Positions 50,895 to 60,322 of a DNA stretch of 64,000 bases are shown here, in pieces; the first letter of the stretch is position 1, and each line of letters begins with the position of its first letter. The stretch is from Promethearchaeota archaeon. Its GTDB lineage: Archaea; Asgardarchaeota; Lokiarchaeia; Sigyniarchaeales; SOKP01. The notes below the pieces were generated by a model that had not been told where the DNA came from, did no database searches, and saw only the letters and a list, made by a program, of their open reading frames with translations. Location: assembly GCA_048938025.1 (NCBI GenBank), contig JBHLMP010000008.1, forward strand, positions 1 to 64,000, in the 5' to 3' direction. A program made the position numbers and the translations under genes.

Positions 50895-53423
50895 TTGACC
50901 ATTTTAGATTTTACTAAGAATACCAATAAAGAAGAAATAGATACAGATAGGGAGATCTTCAAATATATTTTAAATAAGAGAATTCTACGAGTCTTACTTG
51001 AGAATAAAGTCTTTAAACTAAGAGATATTCAAAAAGAGGCAATTGAGAAGGGATTATTCTTTCGAAAATCATTTTTGGTCTGTGCCCCTTCAGGGAGTGG
51101 AAAGACTTTAATTGGAGAATTATGTGCCTTTAATAATATTTTTCAGAACTTCGGCAAGTCCGTATATTTAGTGCCATACAAAGCCTTAGCTACTGAAAAG
51201 TACATTTACTTCAAAAAAAATTATGGACGGTTTGGAGTAAAGATCGAACTTTCAATAGGGGATTATGATGTAGATGATTCAAAATTAGAAAAAGCAGATA
51301 TTATAGTCACCACCTATGAAAAGATGGACTCCATTCTCCGTAATTTTTATGATAAGGATTGGATTTTTAATATTTCTACGGTTATAATCGATGAGATACA
51401 TATTATCGGTGAAAGTGATCGTGGTCCACGATTAGAGTCCCTAATTGTACGCCTGAATGAATTTTTACATAATCCTCAGATAATTGGTTTATCAGCAACC
51501 ATTGCCAATCCAGAATTTTTTAATTCATGGCTCTCTTCATTAGGAAATAAGACAACTCTCATAACATCTGATATAAGACCAGTACCACTTCATTATCGAA
51601 TTGAAGTCACCCAAAATAAAGATTCCACCATTAAAAAAATCGTGAATAAGACATTAGAGAATAAAGGGCAGGTATTAATTTTTCTGAACAGAAGAAAAGG
51701 AGCACAACAGACAGCACAGTATCTTAGAAATATTGTTGATCATTTTTTAGAAGATACAGAGAGAATAGTATGTAAAGCGTTAGACAAGTCCTTAAGCTCA
51801 ATTAGAGGGAGCCATCGTGATTTAAGGAAAGTCATTAGGCATGGGATTGCGTTTCATCATGCTGGGCTTTTGCCACGAGAGCGTAAAATAATAGAAGATA
51901 ATTTCCGAAAGAGAATTGTAAAGGTTATTTGCTGTACCACCACTTTATCTGCTGGTATTAATACTCCAGCACGAGTCGTTGTATTAAAAGATTTTAAGAA
52001 ATATATCACTTCTATAAAAAATATCAGAAATTTTTCCGGATATTACGAACACGGAAATGGGTTTTCTTACTTTAAACCGTTTTCCGCAAATGAATTATTC
52101 CAGATTTTAGGTAGAGCAGGAAGACCTGGGCTTGATTCAGTTGGCTATGGAATTATATTGACTAAAGATGTTGATACAAAACATTGGGTAGAGGATCATT
52201 ATTTTCAAAAGGATATTCTTGCTAACACGTTTATTCCTAAGTATAATGATTTAGGTTCCGGATTAAATAAACTAAATACCCTAAAAGAGCAAGTACTTTT
52301 AAGAATTTATGAAGAAAAACGGATTTCTTTAGCACAATTAAAGCAGTTCTTTGAAAAGACGTATTTTTGGTTTTGTATTAAACAGAAAATGAAGAAGAAC
52401 AAGATTCCTATTGAGCAATTGCTCTTGATTAAAGAGATTACTCCGATAAATATTTTAAAATTGCATTCAGATCCTAAACAGGTAGAAGAGTTAAAAAACC
52501 ATAGTTATCCAACCAAAATTACTAAATTAACTAATACAACTATTTCAGGATATATTAAGACCGATTTTGGGGTATATGCCTGCCAATTCGATATTGATTC
52601 TGGAATTCAATGTTCCTGCGGATTTAAGAATGGAATTTCCGATAATTTTATCTCTGATGAGTTCTCCTTTGAGTTTTGCGATCATATCACCTCCTTTTTG
52701 CTGTATGTAATTGATCTTCCTAACAAGAATTTTAAGAAATATGTAAATGATATTGTACCGAAATCAATTCGGAATCAGTATATCCTGAACTATCTTTTTG
52801 AGAAGGGATTAGTTATTAAAGAATCTGACGGATCTATTAAATGCTCCCAATTTGGCAAACTTATCATTAGACTTTATTTATATCCCGCTTCTGGAGTTCT
52901 AATACGGTACAAACTTGAGAATAAAGAGATCAATACCTATAAAGATTTGATCAAAGAAGGATTTGATATTCTAAAATTAGAAAATCGAATTCGGGATTAT
53001 ACCATGCTAAATCCTATTTTAGAGTGGGCAGATGAGGAACCGCTTGATCTTATCTTAGATAAATATACCATTATGGCAGGGGATCTCTATTCGGTTAGAG
53101 ATAATTTGGAACGGGTAATTACGTTTATCGGGATTATCGCCAGTAATTTAAGGTTGAGTGGAAGTGATTTAGTGTATAAACTTCCCTATGTAGCAGAAAT
53201 GTGCGAAACACTTCGTATCCGAATACATTATGGCATTCGAGAGGAATTATTTGACTTAGTCTTAAGACTTAACGATGTAGCAAGGGCAAGAGCACGGATC
53301 TTATATAATGTGGGATACCATACAGCATCTCAAGTAAGAAAAGAAAACCCTTACACCTTAAATCAAAAAACAGGATTAGGAATAAATCTCTGTAAAAAAA
53401 TAATTAAAAGTATCGAAAAATAA
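50895..53423 (+). CDS. Ski2/Hel308-like DExH helicase with inserted SWIM motif and C-terminal HhH
   Basis: APSGSGKT, TYEK, DEIH, LSAT, HHAGL, QILGRAGRPG; CSC...FCDH insert; GIREEL...ARARILY. Confidence 0.92.
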   Translation: MTILDFTKNTNKEEIDTDREIFKYILNKRILRVLLENKVFKLRDIQKEAIEKGLFFRKSFLVCAPSGSGKTLIGELCAFNNIFQNFGKSVYLVPYKALATEKYIYFKKNYGRFGVKIELSIGDYDVDDSKLEKADIIVTTYEKMDSILRNFYDKDWIFNISTVIIDEIHIIGESDRGPRLESLIVRLNEFLHNPQIIGLSATIANPEFFNSWLSSLGNKTTLITSDIRPVPLHYRIEVTQNKDSTIKKIVNKTLENKGQVLIFLNRRKGAQQTAQYLRNIVDHFLEDTERIVCKALDKSLSSIRGSHRDLRKVIRHGIAFHHAGLLPRERKIIEDNFRKRIVKVICCTTTLSAGINTPARVVVLKDFKKYITSIKNIRNFSGYYEHGNGFSYFKPFSANELFQILGRAGRPGLDSVGYGIILTKDVDTKHWVEDHYFQKDILANTFIPKYNDLGSGLNKLNTLKEQVLLRIYEEKRISLAQLKQFFEKTYFWFCIKQKMKKNKIPIEQLLLIKEITPINILKLHSDPKQVEELKNHSYPTKITKLTNTTISGYIKTDFGVYACQFDIDSGIQCSCGFKNGISDNFISDEFSFEFCDHITSFLLYVIDLPNKNFKKYVNDIVPKSIRNQYILNYLFEKGLVIKESDGSIKCSQFGKLIIRLYLYPASGVLIRYKLENKEINTYKDLIKEGFDILKLENRIRDYTMLNPILEWADEEPLDLILDKYTIMAGDLYSVRDNLERVITFIGIIASNLRLSGSDLVYKLPYVAEMCETLRIRIHYGIREELFDLVLRLNDVARARARILYNVGYHTASQVRKENPYTLNQKTGLGINLCKKIIKSIEK

Positions 53424-53497
53424 TGATTATGCTTTTTTTCTTTTTATAGTCTTGTTATAAGTTTTTAATAAGATTTTATACTTCATGATGATTTAAG

Positions 53498-53767
53498 ATG
53501 GGTTCCCAGACAGATAAGGAAAAAGTCTTAAATATCTCAGTTAAATTAGGAAAAATCCAAGAGATACCTATCCAGACAAACAATGAGAACCTCGAAGAAA
53601 TTATCGATGAAAATCTTGTTACCCTCAAAAAAGTCCATTCAATCTTATTAAATTGTATCAACCTCACAAAGAAGCAGAAAATAGAGTTTGCTGAAAGTGA
53701 ACGGTATTTTATGAAAATGTATCTAAAAAAACTAACAGAAAAGATTAAAAATAGTGAACAGGAATAA
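53498..53767 (+). CDS. hypothetical protein
   Basis: 89 aa, ATG start, helical and charged. Confidence 0.55.
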   Translation: MGSQTDKEKVLNISVKLGKIQEIPIQTNNENLEEIIDENLVTLKKVHSILLNCINLTKKQKIEFAESERYFMKMYLKKLTEKIKNSEQE

Positions 53768-53804
53768 TTTTTCTTTAAAAACACTCTGAATAATGTAAAT
53801 TGAA

Positions 53805-54020
53805 ATGAGTTCTAAAATCATTAGAAAAAAGATACAAGTTATTAGTAAGGATCAATTTTCTAAAAAAAGACCTATTAATGTTAAAGAAATCACCATCTCT
53901 TTTTCTAAGTTTTTTGATCATATAGATCCTTCATATATATATTCTGGAAATGAGAAGATCCCATTTTGCGAACGCCATCCAAAATATCAAAACATTCTTT
54001 TAAATGAATTTGTAGAATAG
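53805..54020 (+). CDS. hypothetical small protein
   Basis: 71 aa; preceded by TTTTTCTTTAAAAA ending 24 bp upstream. Confidence 0.55.
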   Translation: MSSKIIRKKIQVISKDQFSKKRPINVKEITISFSKFFDHIDPSYIYSGNEKIPFCERHPKYQNILLNEFVE

Positions 54021-54147
54021 TTAAGAGAAACACTATTTTTCGTTATAGACACTAAATTATACTAGAATATATTTATATATTCGCTAAGTTATATAAATTC
54101 TGAAGAATCCATTCTTAAATATTATGACAATAAATTATTGAAGTAAA

Positions 54148-54405
54148 ATGAGACAGAGATTGGGTAAAAAAGTATTTTTAAGACCTAAATGTGAGCATTG
54201 CGGAGAGCGACTCTATAATATTCATGGTCCGTTTATAGAGTATTTTGGGGGGAAAGTTCCCTCCCATTGTCCGAAATGTGGGGAGAAAATAAGCCTTGAT
54301 AAAAAAAATCATTTAATAGAACATGACGCATTACTTTGGTTGATATTATGTATCTCGGGTATTACTATTATGATAGTAGCAGTATCGATAATTTTGTCGT
54401 TATAG
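54148..54405 (+). CDS. Zn-ribbon protein with C-terminal TM
   Basis: CEHCG...CPKCG plus a hydrophobic C-terminus. Confidence 0.7.
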   Translation: MRQRLGKKVFLRPKCEHCGERLYNIHGPFIEYFGGKVPSHCPKCGEKISLDKKNHLIEHDALLWLILCISGITIMIVAVSIILSL

Positions 54406-54510
54406 CAGGAATTGTTTAATTCAGCGGTCTCTGTGGTTGCATTTCACATTTTTAGTTAATAAATGAATTTTTTTTCCTATAATTCTTACAAAAACCTATA
54501 AATCATTCGC

Positions 54511-55035
54511 TTAGCTATATTTAATATTTATAGAATACAAGTAATTATTTAACCGGATTAAAAATCCTTGTTTTGAGAAATATCTTGTTAGCATTTTTAT
54601 TTCTGAATCTGGAATACCGTAATTATCAGCCATCACTTCAAGAATATAGTAAGGAAACTCTTTATAGGTCTTAGATAAGTCAATAAGCATTCTTTTGAAC
54701 GTTTCCGTAAGCTCACCACCCCTATCATTAGGTTGATAGCTTTTGATTTTTTGTTTTCTGACAATTGTAAAATCCTGTGATCCTCTAAATTCGAGGGGGT
54801 TCCCCATTTCTTTTAGAGCGACCTCATTTTGTTTTTCTTTTACAGTTTTTATTGCGTTTGTCAGACCATTTATGATCTCTCCCGATTTTAGAATAGTAGC
54901 GACCGTATGCGTATGACCACATTGTGGACATTTTTTAGATTTTTGGATGGTTTTTACATATAAATAACGCTTACAGGTATGACACCTAAATACTAAGTAA
55001 GGGGTCTCATCCTTTTTCCATTCTGCTTTTTCCAT
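54511..55035 (-). CDS. Zn-ribbon (DUF1922-like) + winged-helix protein
   Basis: YLVFRCHTC...KKCPQCG; C-terminal wHTH-like; overlaps the hef-like gene by 1 nt. Confidence 0.7.
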   Translation of the reverse strand: MEKAEWKKDETPYLVFRCHTCKRYLYVKTIQKSKKCPQCGHTHTVATILKSGEIINGLTNAIKTVKEKQNEVALKEMGNPLEFRGSQDFTIVRKQKIKSYQPNDRGGELTETFKRMLIDLSKTYKEFPYYILEVMADNYGIPDSEIKMLTRYFSKQGFLIRLNNYLYSINIKYS

Positions 55036-57200
55036 TATAATCTCTCTTCTTGTGGATTCTCATAAATATTTTTCACGATAAAATAGAGTTCTTCAGGATC
55101 GTCTATATTGATGATATGCAATGAATGATTAGTAGCAAGATCATTGATTTTTTTCTTTAATAATCGCTTTTCTCCCTCAAAATCCTCTTTGTAATCTATA
55201 AAATCAAATACAATAATTAGGAGTTTACAGATCTGCTGTAGCTCTTGAATTTCTGAGAGAAACTCGTCAAGTGAGAGCTTTTTTGGATCAAATAACTGAA
55301 TTAATACCTTGTTATAAAGAATAATATGAAGATCAGAATCAACAATTTCAAAATCAATAGTATCCCCTTGTAATTTTTTTCTTAGTCCAAATGAAGGAGG
55401 AAAATTTCTACTGATCCTAATCTTTGAGATCGATTTTTTTTGAAGGACTTGTTGTTGCTCTGGAGGGCTGCTCATAAAAGCTACCAACTTAGATTGATAC
55501 TGCTTTTTGGTTGGTTTACGGTAAGTCGAAGGGGATTCACTTTTTATCACTTCATTACTTTCAGAAACATCTTCTTTAAAGCTCTCTTGGTCATAATATG
55601 TTTTTAGCTGAGAGGATCTTTTTAGGTTGACATTCATTCGTTTTAATTTACTTAAAGCAATTTGAAGATAGACCTCATCATGCGTTCCATTGCAATATAA
55701 AATAACTACTTTACCTTCCCGGTGCCGAGCAGTTCTTCCCTTTCTCTGGATTAACCGTATTTCTGAGGTAACCACATCGTAAAAGATGACAAGATCGCAC
55801 TCAGCAATATCGAGCCCCTCCTCTCCGACATTGGTACTCACCAGAACATTATAAATTCCTTGCTTAAACTGATCTAATATTTCAATTTGCCGCTTTTGGG
55901 ATAAACCTTTATCGTCTTCTGACTTAGTAGTTTGTCCTACAAACCGAATTGCCTTAATAGCTTCATACATACTTAATTTTTTAACAATACTTTTTATAGA
56001 ATCTCTTAATTTCACAAACACCAGTATCCGTGCCTTAGAATTCCTTTTTATCTCTTCTAACAGAATTGTAACTAGCACAGGATATTTAGGATGAGTTAGG
56101 GTTTCTGGTGAATATTCTTTATTTTTCTTTAATTCCAAATGGATATTTCTTAAACGATAATCACTCGCCAAAATTTTAACGGCTTTTGAACTTGAGCGTT
56201 TTTTGGCATCCTTACTTATCTTATCGAAATAGTGAAGTAATACATCGAGCCCTTGTTGTTCCACCAATTCGATCATGTGATATAATATGAGTCCCTGAGC
56301 ATTAATAGATAAGGCACTGTATACTCCAGTCTTATCACCATTGCTATGTAAGATACCTACCAATTCCTTATTGAGTCTTAAAAGATCTTTTCTAATGATT
56401 TTTTCATAGAGAGGATCTGCTTCTTTTTCCAAGAAATTAACTTGAGAAAGATATTGTAATCGTTCTTCTAGAATTTCATTAATTACCAAATAGATATCCT
56501 TCATTAAACTTGTCATCTCTACGCTTACCTTATAAATATCCATTGGCTTTATGTAAGTCTTAACATCTTTATCCTTTCTGGTTCGTATATGAATATTTTC
56601 GATAGGGATATGCAGACTTTTACATAATTCAATAATTTTATTTTTTGAAGCTCCCGGTGAAGCGGTTAATGCTAAGATGGTCCCATCTGGATTTTGGTCA
56701 ATATACATATCACCAATAAGAGTATAAGCATAATCTCCGGTAGAATGGTGAGCTTCATCAAAAATAATTAATGAAACATCTAAAAGGTCATATTTTTGAT
56801 TTATCAAATCATTTCTTAAGGTTTGAGGGGTATAAAATAAAAATTGATTCTCTAAAAATAATTGTGTTCTTTTTTCAGGAGCTACTTTGCCAGTTAAAAT
56901 ACAAAAGGATTTTTTTGGTTTTTTTAAGAATTTGTGAAAAATTTCATAATGTTGGTTAATTAGTGGGCGTGTTGGAGCTAACACTATTATCTTATTCTTA
57001 GAAGGGAATAGATCCAATGTTTTACTAGCGACAAGAACAGCAATTATTGTTTTTCCTAGACCCGTTGGTAACACCACTAAAGAGTTTTTATTTACACACT
57101 TCTCTGCTATCATGGATTGATATTTTCTAAACTCAATTTGAGAGGATATTTGAGTATCCATTCCCTTTTTGGCATTATGATTATCTAATGTATCACTCAT
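55035..57200 (-). CDS. Hef/FANCM/Mph1-like SF2 helicase with degenerate C-terminal ERCC4-like domain
   Basis: LPTGLGKT, FDEAHH, LTASPG, RFVGQ, GEEGLDI, IQRKGRTAR. Confidence 0.9.
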   Translation of the reverse strand: MSDTLDNHNAKKGMDTQISSQIEFRKYQSMIAEKCVNKNSLVVLPTGLGKTIIAVLVASKTLDLFPSKNKIIVLAPTRPLINQHYEIFHKFLKKPKKSFCILTGKVAPEKRTQLFLENQFLFYTPQTLRNDLINQKYDLLDVSLIIFDEAHHSTGDYAYTLIGDMYIDQNPDGTILALTASPGASKNKIIELCKSLHIPIENIHIRTRKDKDVKTYIKPMDIYKVSVEMTSLMKDIYLVINEILEERLQYLSQVNFLEKEADPLYEKIIRKDLLRLNKELVGILHSNGDKTGVYSALSINAQGLILYHMIELVEQQGLDVLLHYFDKISKDAKKRSSSKAVKILASDYRLRNIHLELKKNKEYSPETLTHPKYPVLVTILLEEIKRNSKARILVFVKLRDSIKSIVKKLSMYEAIKAIRFVGQTTKSEDDKGLSQKRQIEILDQFKQGIYNVLVSTNVGEEGLDIAECDLVIFYDVVTSEIRLIQRKGRTARHREGKVVILYCNGTHDEVYLQIALSKLKRMNVNLKRSSQLKTYYDQESFKEDVSESNEVIKSESPSTYRKPTKKQYQSKLVAFMSSPPEQQQVLQKKSISKIRISRNFPPSFGLRKKLQGDTIDFEIVDSDLHIILYNKVLIQLFDPKKLSLDEFLSEIQELQQICKLLIIVFDFIDYKEDFEGEKRLLKKKINDLATNHSLHIINIDDPEELYFIVKNIYENPQEERL

Positions 57201-57813
57201 TTTGAATCACCTTTAAGGAGTAGGTATCGATTGTTACATCTGTAATTTCTTTATTGTTTTTACTAAAAGAAAGGATTAATTCACCAAATTTCAATCCTAA
57301 CTCTGAGGGATATATTAACCCATTCTCTTTCTCTTCAAAGAGATAAGGATATTTTTGCCAGAGTTTTTTGAGGTTTCTTAAAAGATCCGTTCTATTTGAT
57401 TCAATTTCAAATCCCTTGCCTCGTTTCACAAACTTAAATAGATAGATAAGATCACTAAAAATAGGAAGATCTGACTGTTTTATATTAATAATTTCAGGGA
57501 TATGAATATCTTTTTGGACTGATATTTTCTTTTTTTCTGCGATTAAATAGAGGTTTCCATTATTTATTTTTTTTTTAAGTACGTGATTGTTAAATACATC
57601 ATTAAACTTATCTTGGAAATTTAAGATTAGATTGAAAATATCATCAATTTCTGACTTTGCAATGTTTAAATATTCCATTAGTTTAGTGAAATTAAATTTT
57701 TTAGTATAATCATTTCTAAACCCCTCTAAAGCGTTAACTATATAATTTAAAGTATCAATTATCTTTTTGTTATTACGATTAGTGAAGTCCTTAGAATATG
57801 ATTCTGTAGTCAT
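57193..57813 (-). CDS. hypothetical protein (winged-helix-like)
   Basis: FNFTKLMEYLNI and IYPSELGLKF wHTH-like segments; overlaps the hef-like gene start. Confidence 0.7.
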   Translation of the reverse strand: MTTESYSKDFTNRNNKKIIDTLNYIVNALEGFRNDYTKKFNFTKLMEYLNIAKSEIDDIFNLILNFQDKFNDVFNNHVLKKKINNGNLYLIAEKKKISVQKDIHIPEIINIKQSDLPIFSDLIYLFKFVKRGKGFEIESNRTDLLRNLKKLWQKYPYLFEEKENGLIYPSELGLKFGELILSFSKNNKEITDVTIDTYSLKVIQNE

Positions 57814-57851
57814 CAGATTTAAATAAGATAATTAAATAAAAAGAAAAAAAT

Positions 57852-60185
57852 TTAGAATTTGGTATTTTTATTGGTATTTACTCTTCTTTTTTTTAAATCC
57901 AACTGCTTAGTAGATATAACTATAACCGATCCAGGTACAATGATAAATACCAATGCTAAGGGAATCGCAGGATCTAAATTTATATTTGAATTTCCAGTAG
58001 TTTCCTCTGAACTATATTGGAAGAAATTATTTTTTATCATCTCAGAGATCCACAATACAACCTCTTGTTCAATATTCATTTTATCGGTTGTAAGATAATA
58101 TTCCTTATATATTTCTGAGAAAATTTCCTTAACTAGATTAATACTAGAAATCAGACTAAAGGGAATCTTTAAGTCTAAAATGTAAGATATTTTGAAGGCA
58201 TAATAGAGGTTTTTAATATTGTTATAATCAAGGTTGGTTAAAATGAAATTCTTAATCTTGTCATTATCCAATGTGTATTTCTCCATTGCTTTTAAGACAT
58301 ATACCATATAATAAGTGTTCTGAAAAGTAATGTCAATATCATCAGTATACCAAGGATCAAAATAAAGGTTGTTGGAGGTCTCAACTATATTATTATCTAT
58401 ATAACTATAAAGAGCATCCTTATCAAAGGATATATTAGTTAGATTACCTAAACCTATGTGATTTGCTAACAATTCTAAGGATTTTATTGCATAATAGGAA
58501 TATTCAAAAAAGATTTTTTGGACCTGACTTTCATTTGAGAAAAAAGTATATCCCCGCATAGGTACGAATGCCCCATAGGCATTAGAAAATGATTCATTCA
58601 AAAATTGGGATTCTATAATATCGTTGATTAAATTGTTAAGATTTATCAATCCTTCAAAATCATCCAATTTAAATATTTTTTCCATTGAATCTAAGGCAAA
58701 GAACATCGATTTAAACGATGTTAAGTAATCAATTCGAGTAATATAATTATGATACCCCCTATTATAATATTCAATGGGATATGAGCGGAACTCTGGTTTT
58801 AAAGGATCTGTGTTAATGTAAGGTAGAAAGGCATACCAATCTTCAGGATAATCATAATATCTGAGACACTTCTCTATATCGTTGTAAATATTTTGTAATT
58901 CTAAGTCCGAGATCATGTCAAACAATTGAAAGGAACTGATTATAGTGTTGAGAAGATTTAGGGAAGTATATTCTTTAGAGACAAGAGAGAACCCCTTATA
59001 TTGTTTATAGGTACTCAAGGCATTAGAAATCTTAATTTTATCTAGGGAAGATAAATTCGAGATCGCCCCAAGATTATTAAGTGAACCTATAATTTGAAAA
59101 GTATCCATTAATTCATGCATTTTTACGGTTGTGGATGAATCCCATATACCTTGAGAATTTCTATTATTAAAAATAAAATTGATTATATTGCTTTCATTTA
59201 CTCCTGAAAAACCCGTTATTTTAGAAAGTTCCAACCCGATTGCCGTAGCAATGATATTGGTTATATTATGCCCAGGATTAGACATCTCAAAATAGGTTTC
59301 ATCCTTATAATGTTCTTCAAGAAATTGATGAAAGCTATCTAAATTAATCGTCTCTTCCATTTCAAAGATTTCTAAGGTTTTAATGCAGTAAAATGAAGAA
59401 AGCAGGCTTGGTTCCCTCGTTGGTTTTATGCTATCGAAAGAATTATCCTCATCATTGTAAAAACCACCGTATTTCCAGTCAGTATTGAGTGATATTTGTA
59501 AGTTATTTATGTATTGAATAATCTTGTTCTTTTCTGTCGTATATTCATCCCAGTCTTCCAAAAGACTATCCAAGGTTATAGCCGCAAAATAGGTATTATC
59601 CATGGTAGAGAGTCTAAACATTGCATCTAGATTTAAATTATAGGGTCGACCAATAAATCCATCAGAGACGGGATTATAGCAACTCCAAATAAAATCGATA
59701 AAGTTTTGCTTATCAATTAGGTCTAATTTATTTAACAGGGCTAATGATTGAAGTGCATAACAATTAATTTGCAGAAGTGAGGTTAATGGATAATAACCTT
59801 GAGCTGGATCAAGATCCAAATATCGATATGCATAATTATCATAAAATAAATTACTGTTAGGATCATAACAAGACATTATATAATTGGTAATTTCATCTAC
59901 ATGTACTTGACCCAATTCTCCAATGGCATTGTAACTATAGAGAGCATAATATACTGCCTGAAGGGATGGTTCATAGATTTGTGGAAAATATCCAAAAGTT
60001 TCATCATCAGTGAGTTTTCTTGTAAAGACAGAATTGAGATCATCAATGTATTGTTCTGAAGAGCTATTATGTAACCTGTAGCTATATGTCTCTAATTTAT
60101 TATCTATACGTATAATTTTATTTGCTAAGATTCCAAAAACAAGTAAAAATATACTCATTAATGCTAATTTTTTTCCTTTTTGCAT
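57852..60185 (-). CDS. cell-surface protein with prenyltransferase/squalene-cyclase-like alpha/alpha repeats
   Basis: Signal-like N-terminus, repeats of type TYYA..L..L with GGF/DGF loops, C-terminal TM + basic tail. Confidence 0.75.
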   Translation of the reverse strand: MQKGKKLALMSIFLLVFGILANKIIRIDNKLETYSYRLHNSSSEQYIDDLNSVFTRKLTDDETFGYFPQIYEPSLQAVYYALYSYNAIGELGQVHVDEITNYIMSCYDPNSNLFYDNYAYRYLDLDPAQGYYPLTSLLQINCYALQSLALLNKLDLIDKQNFIDFIWSCYNPVSDGFIGRPYNLNLDAMFRLSTMDNTYFAAITLDSLLEDWDEYTTEKNKIIQYINNLQISLNTDWKYGGFYNDEDNSFDSIKPTREPSLLSSFYCIKTLEIFEMEETINLDSFHQFLEEHYKDETYFEMSNPGHNITNIIATAIGLELSKITGFSGVNESNIINFIFNNRNSQGIWDSSTTVKMHELMDTFQIIGSLNNLGAISNLSSLDKIKISNALSTYKQYKGFSLVSKEYTSLNLLNTIISSFQLFDMISDLELQNIYNDIEKCLRYYDYPEDWYAFLPYINTDPLKPEFRSYPIEYYNRGYHNYITRIDYLTSFKSMFFALDSMEKIFKLDDFEGLINLNNLINDIIESQFLNESFSNAYGAFVPMRGYTFFSNESQVQKIFFEYSYYAIKSLELLANHIGLGNLTNISFDKDALYSYIDNNIVETSNNLYFDPWYTDDIDITFQNTYYMVYVLKAMEKYTLDNDKIKNFILTNLDYNNIKNLYYAFKISYILDLKIPFSLISSINLVKEIFSEIYKEYYLTTDKMNIEQEVVLWISEMIKNNFFQYSSEETTGNSNINLDPAIPLALVFIIVPGSVIVISTKQLDLKKRRVNTNKNTKF

Positions 60186-60233
60186 ATATATGCCTTATAG
60201 ATTTTATTTAATTACTCCATAATATTTTAAGAG

Positions 60234-60250
60234 TATTTAAAGAAAAAACA
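60234..60250 (-). promoter_or_regulatory. pyrimidine-tract/TATA promoter motif TGTTTTTTCTTTAAATA
   Basis: Identical to 50271-50287; 49 bp before the ATG at 60185. Confidence 0.65.
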
Positions 60251-60322
60251 TCAAATCAATAACGTGAAAAGCACAAAAAGAAAAGAAAGAAAAAAAAGAG
60301 TTACATAACTGAGAAGTAACTG

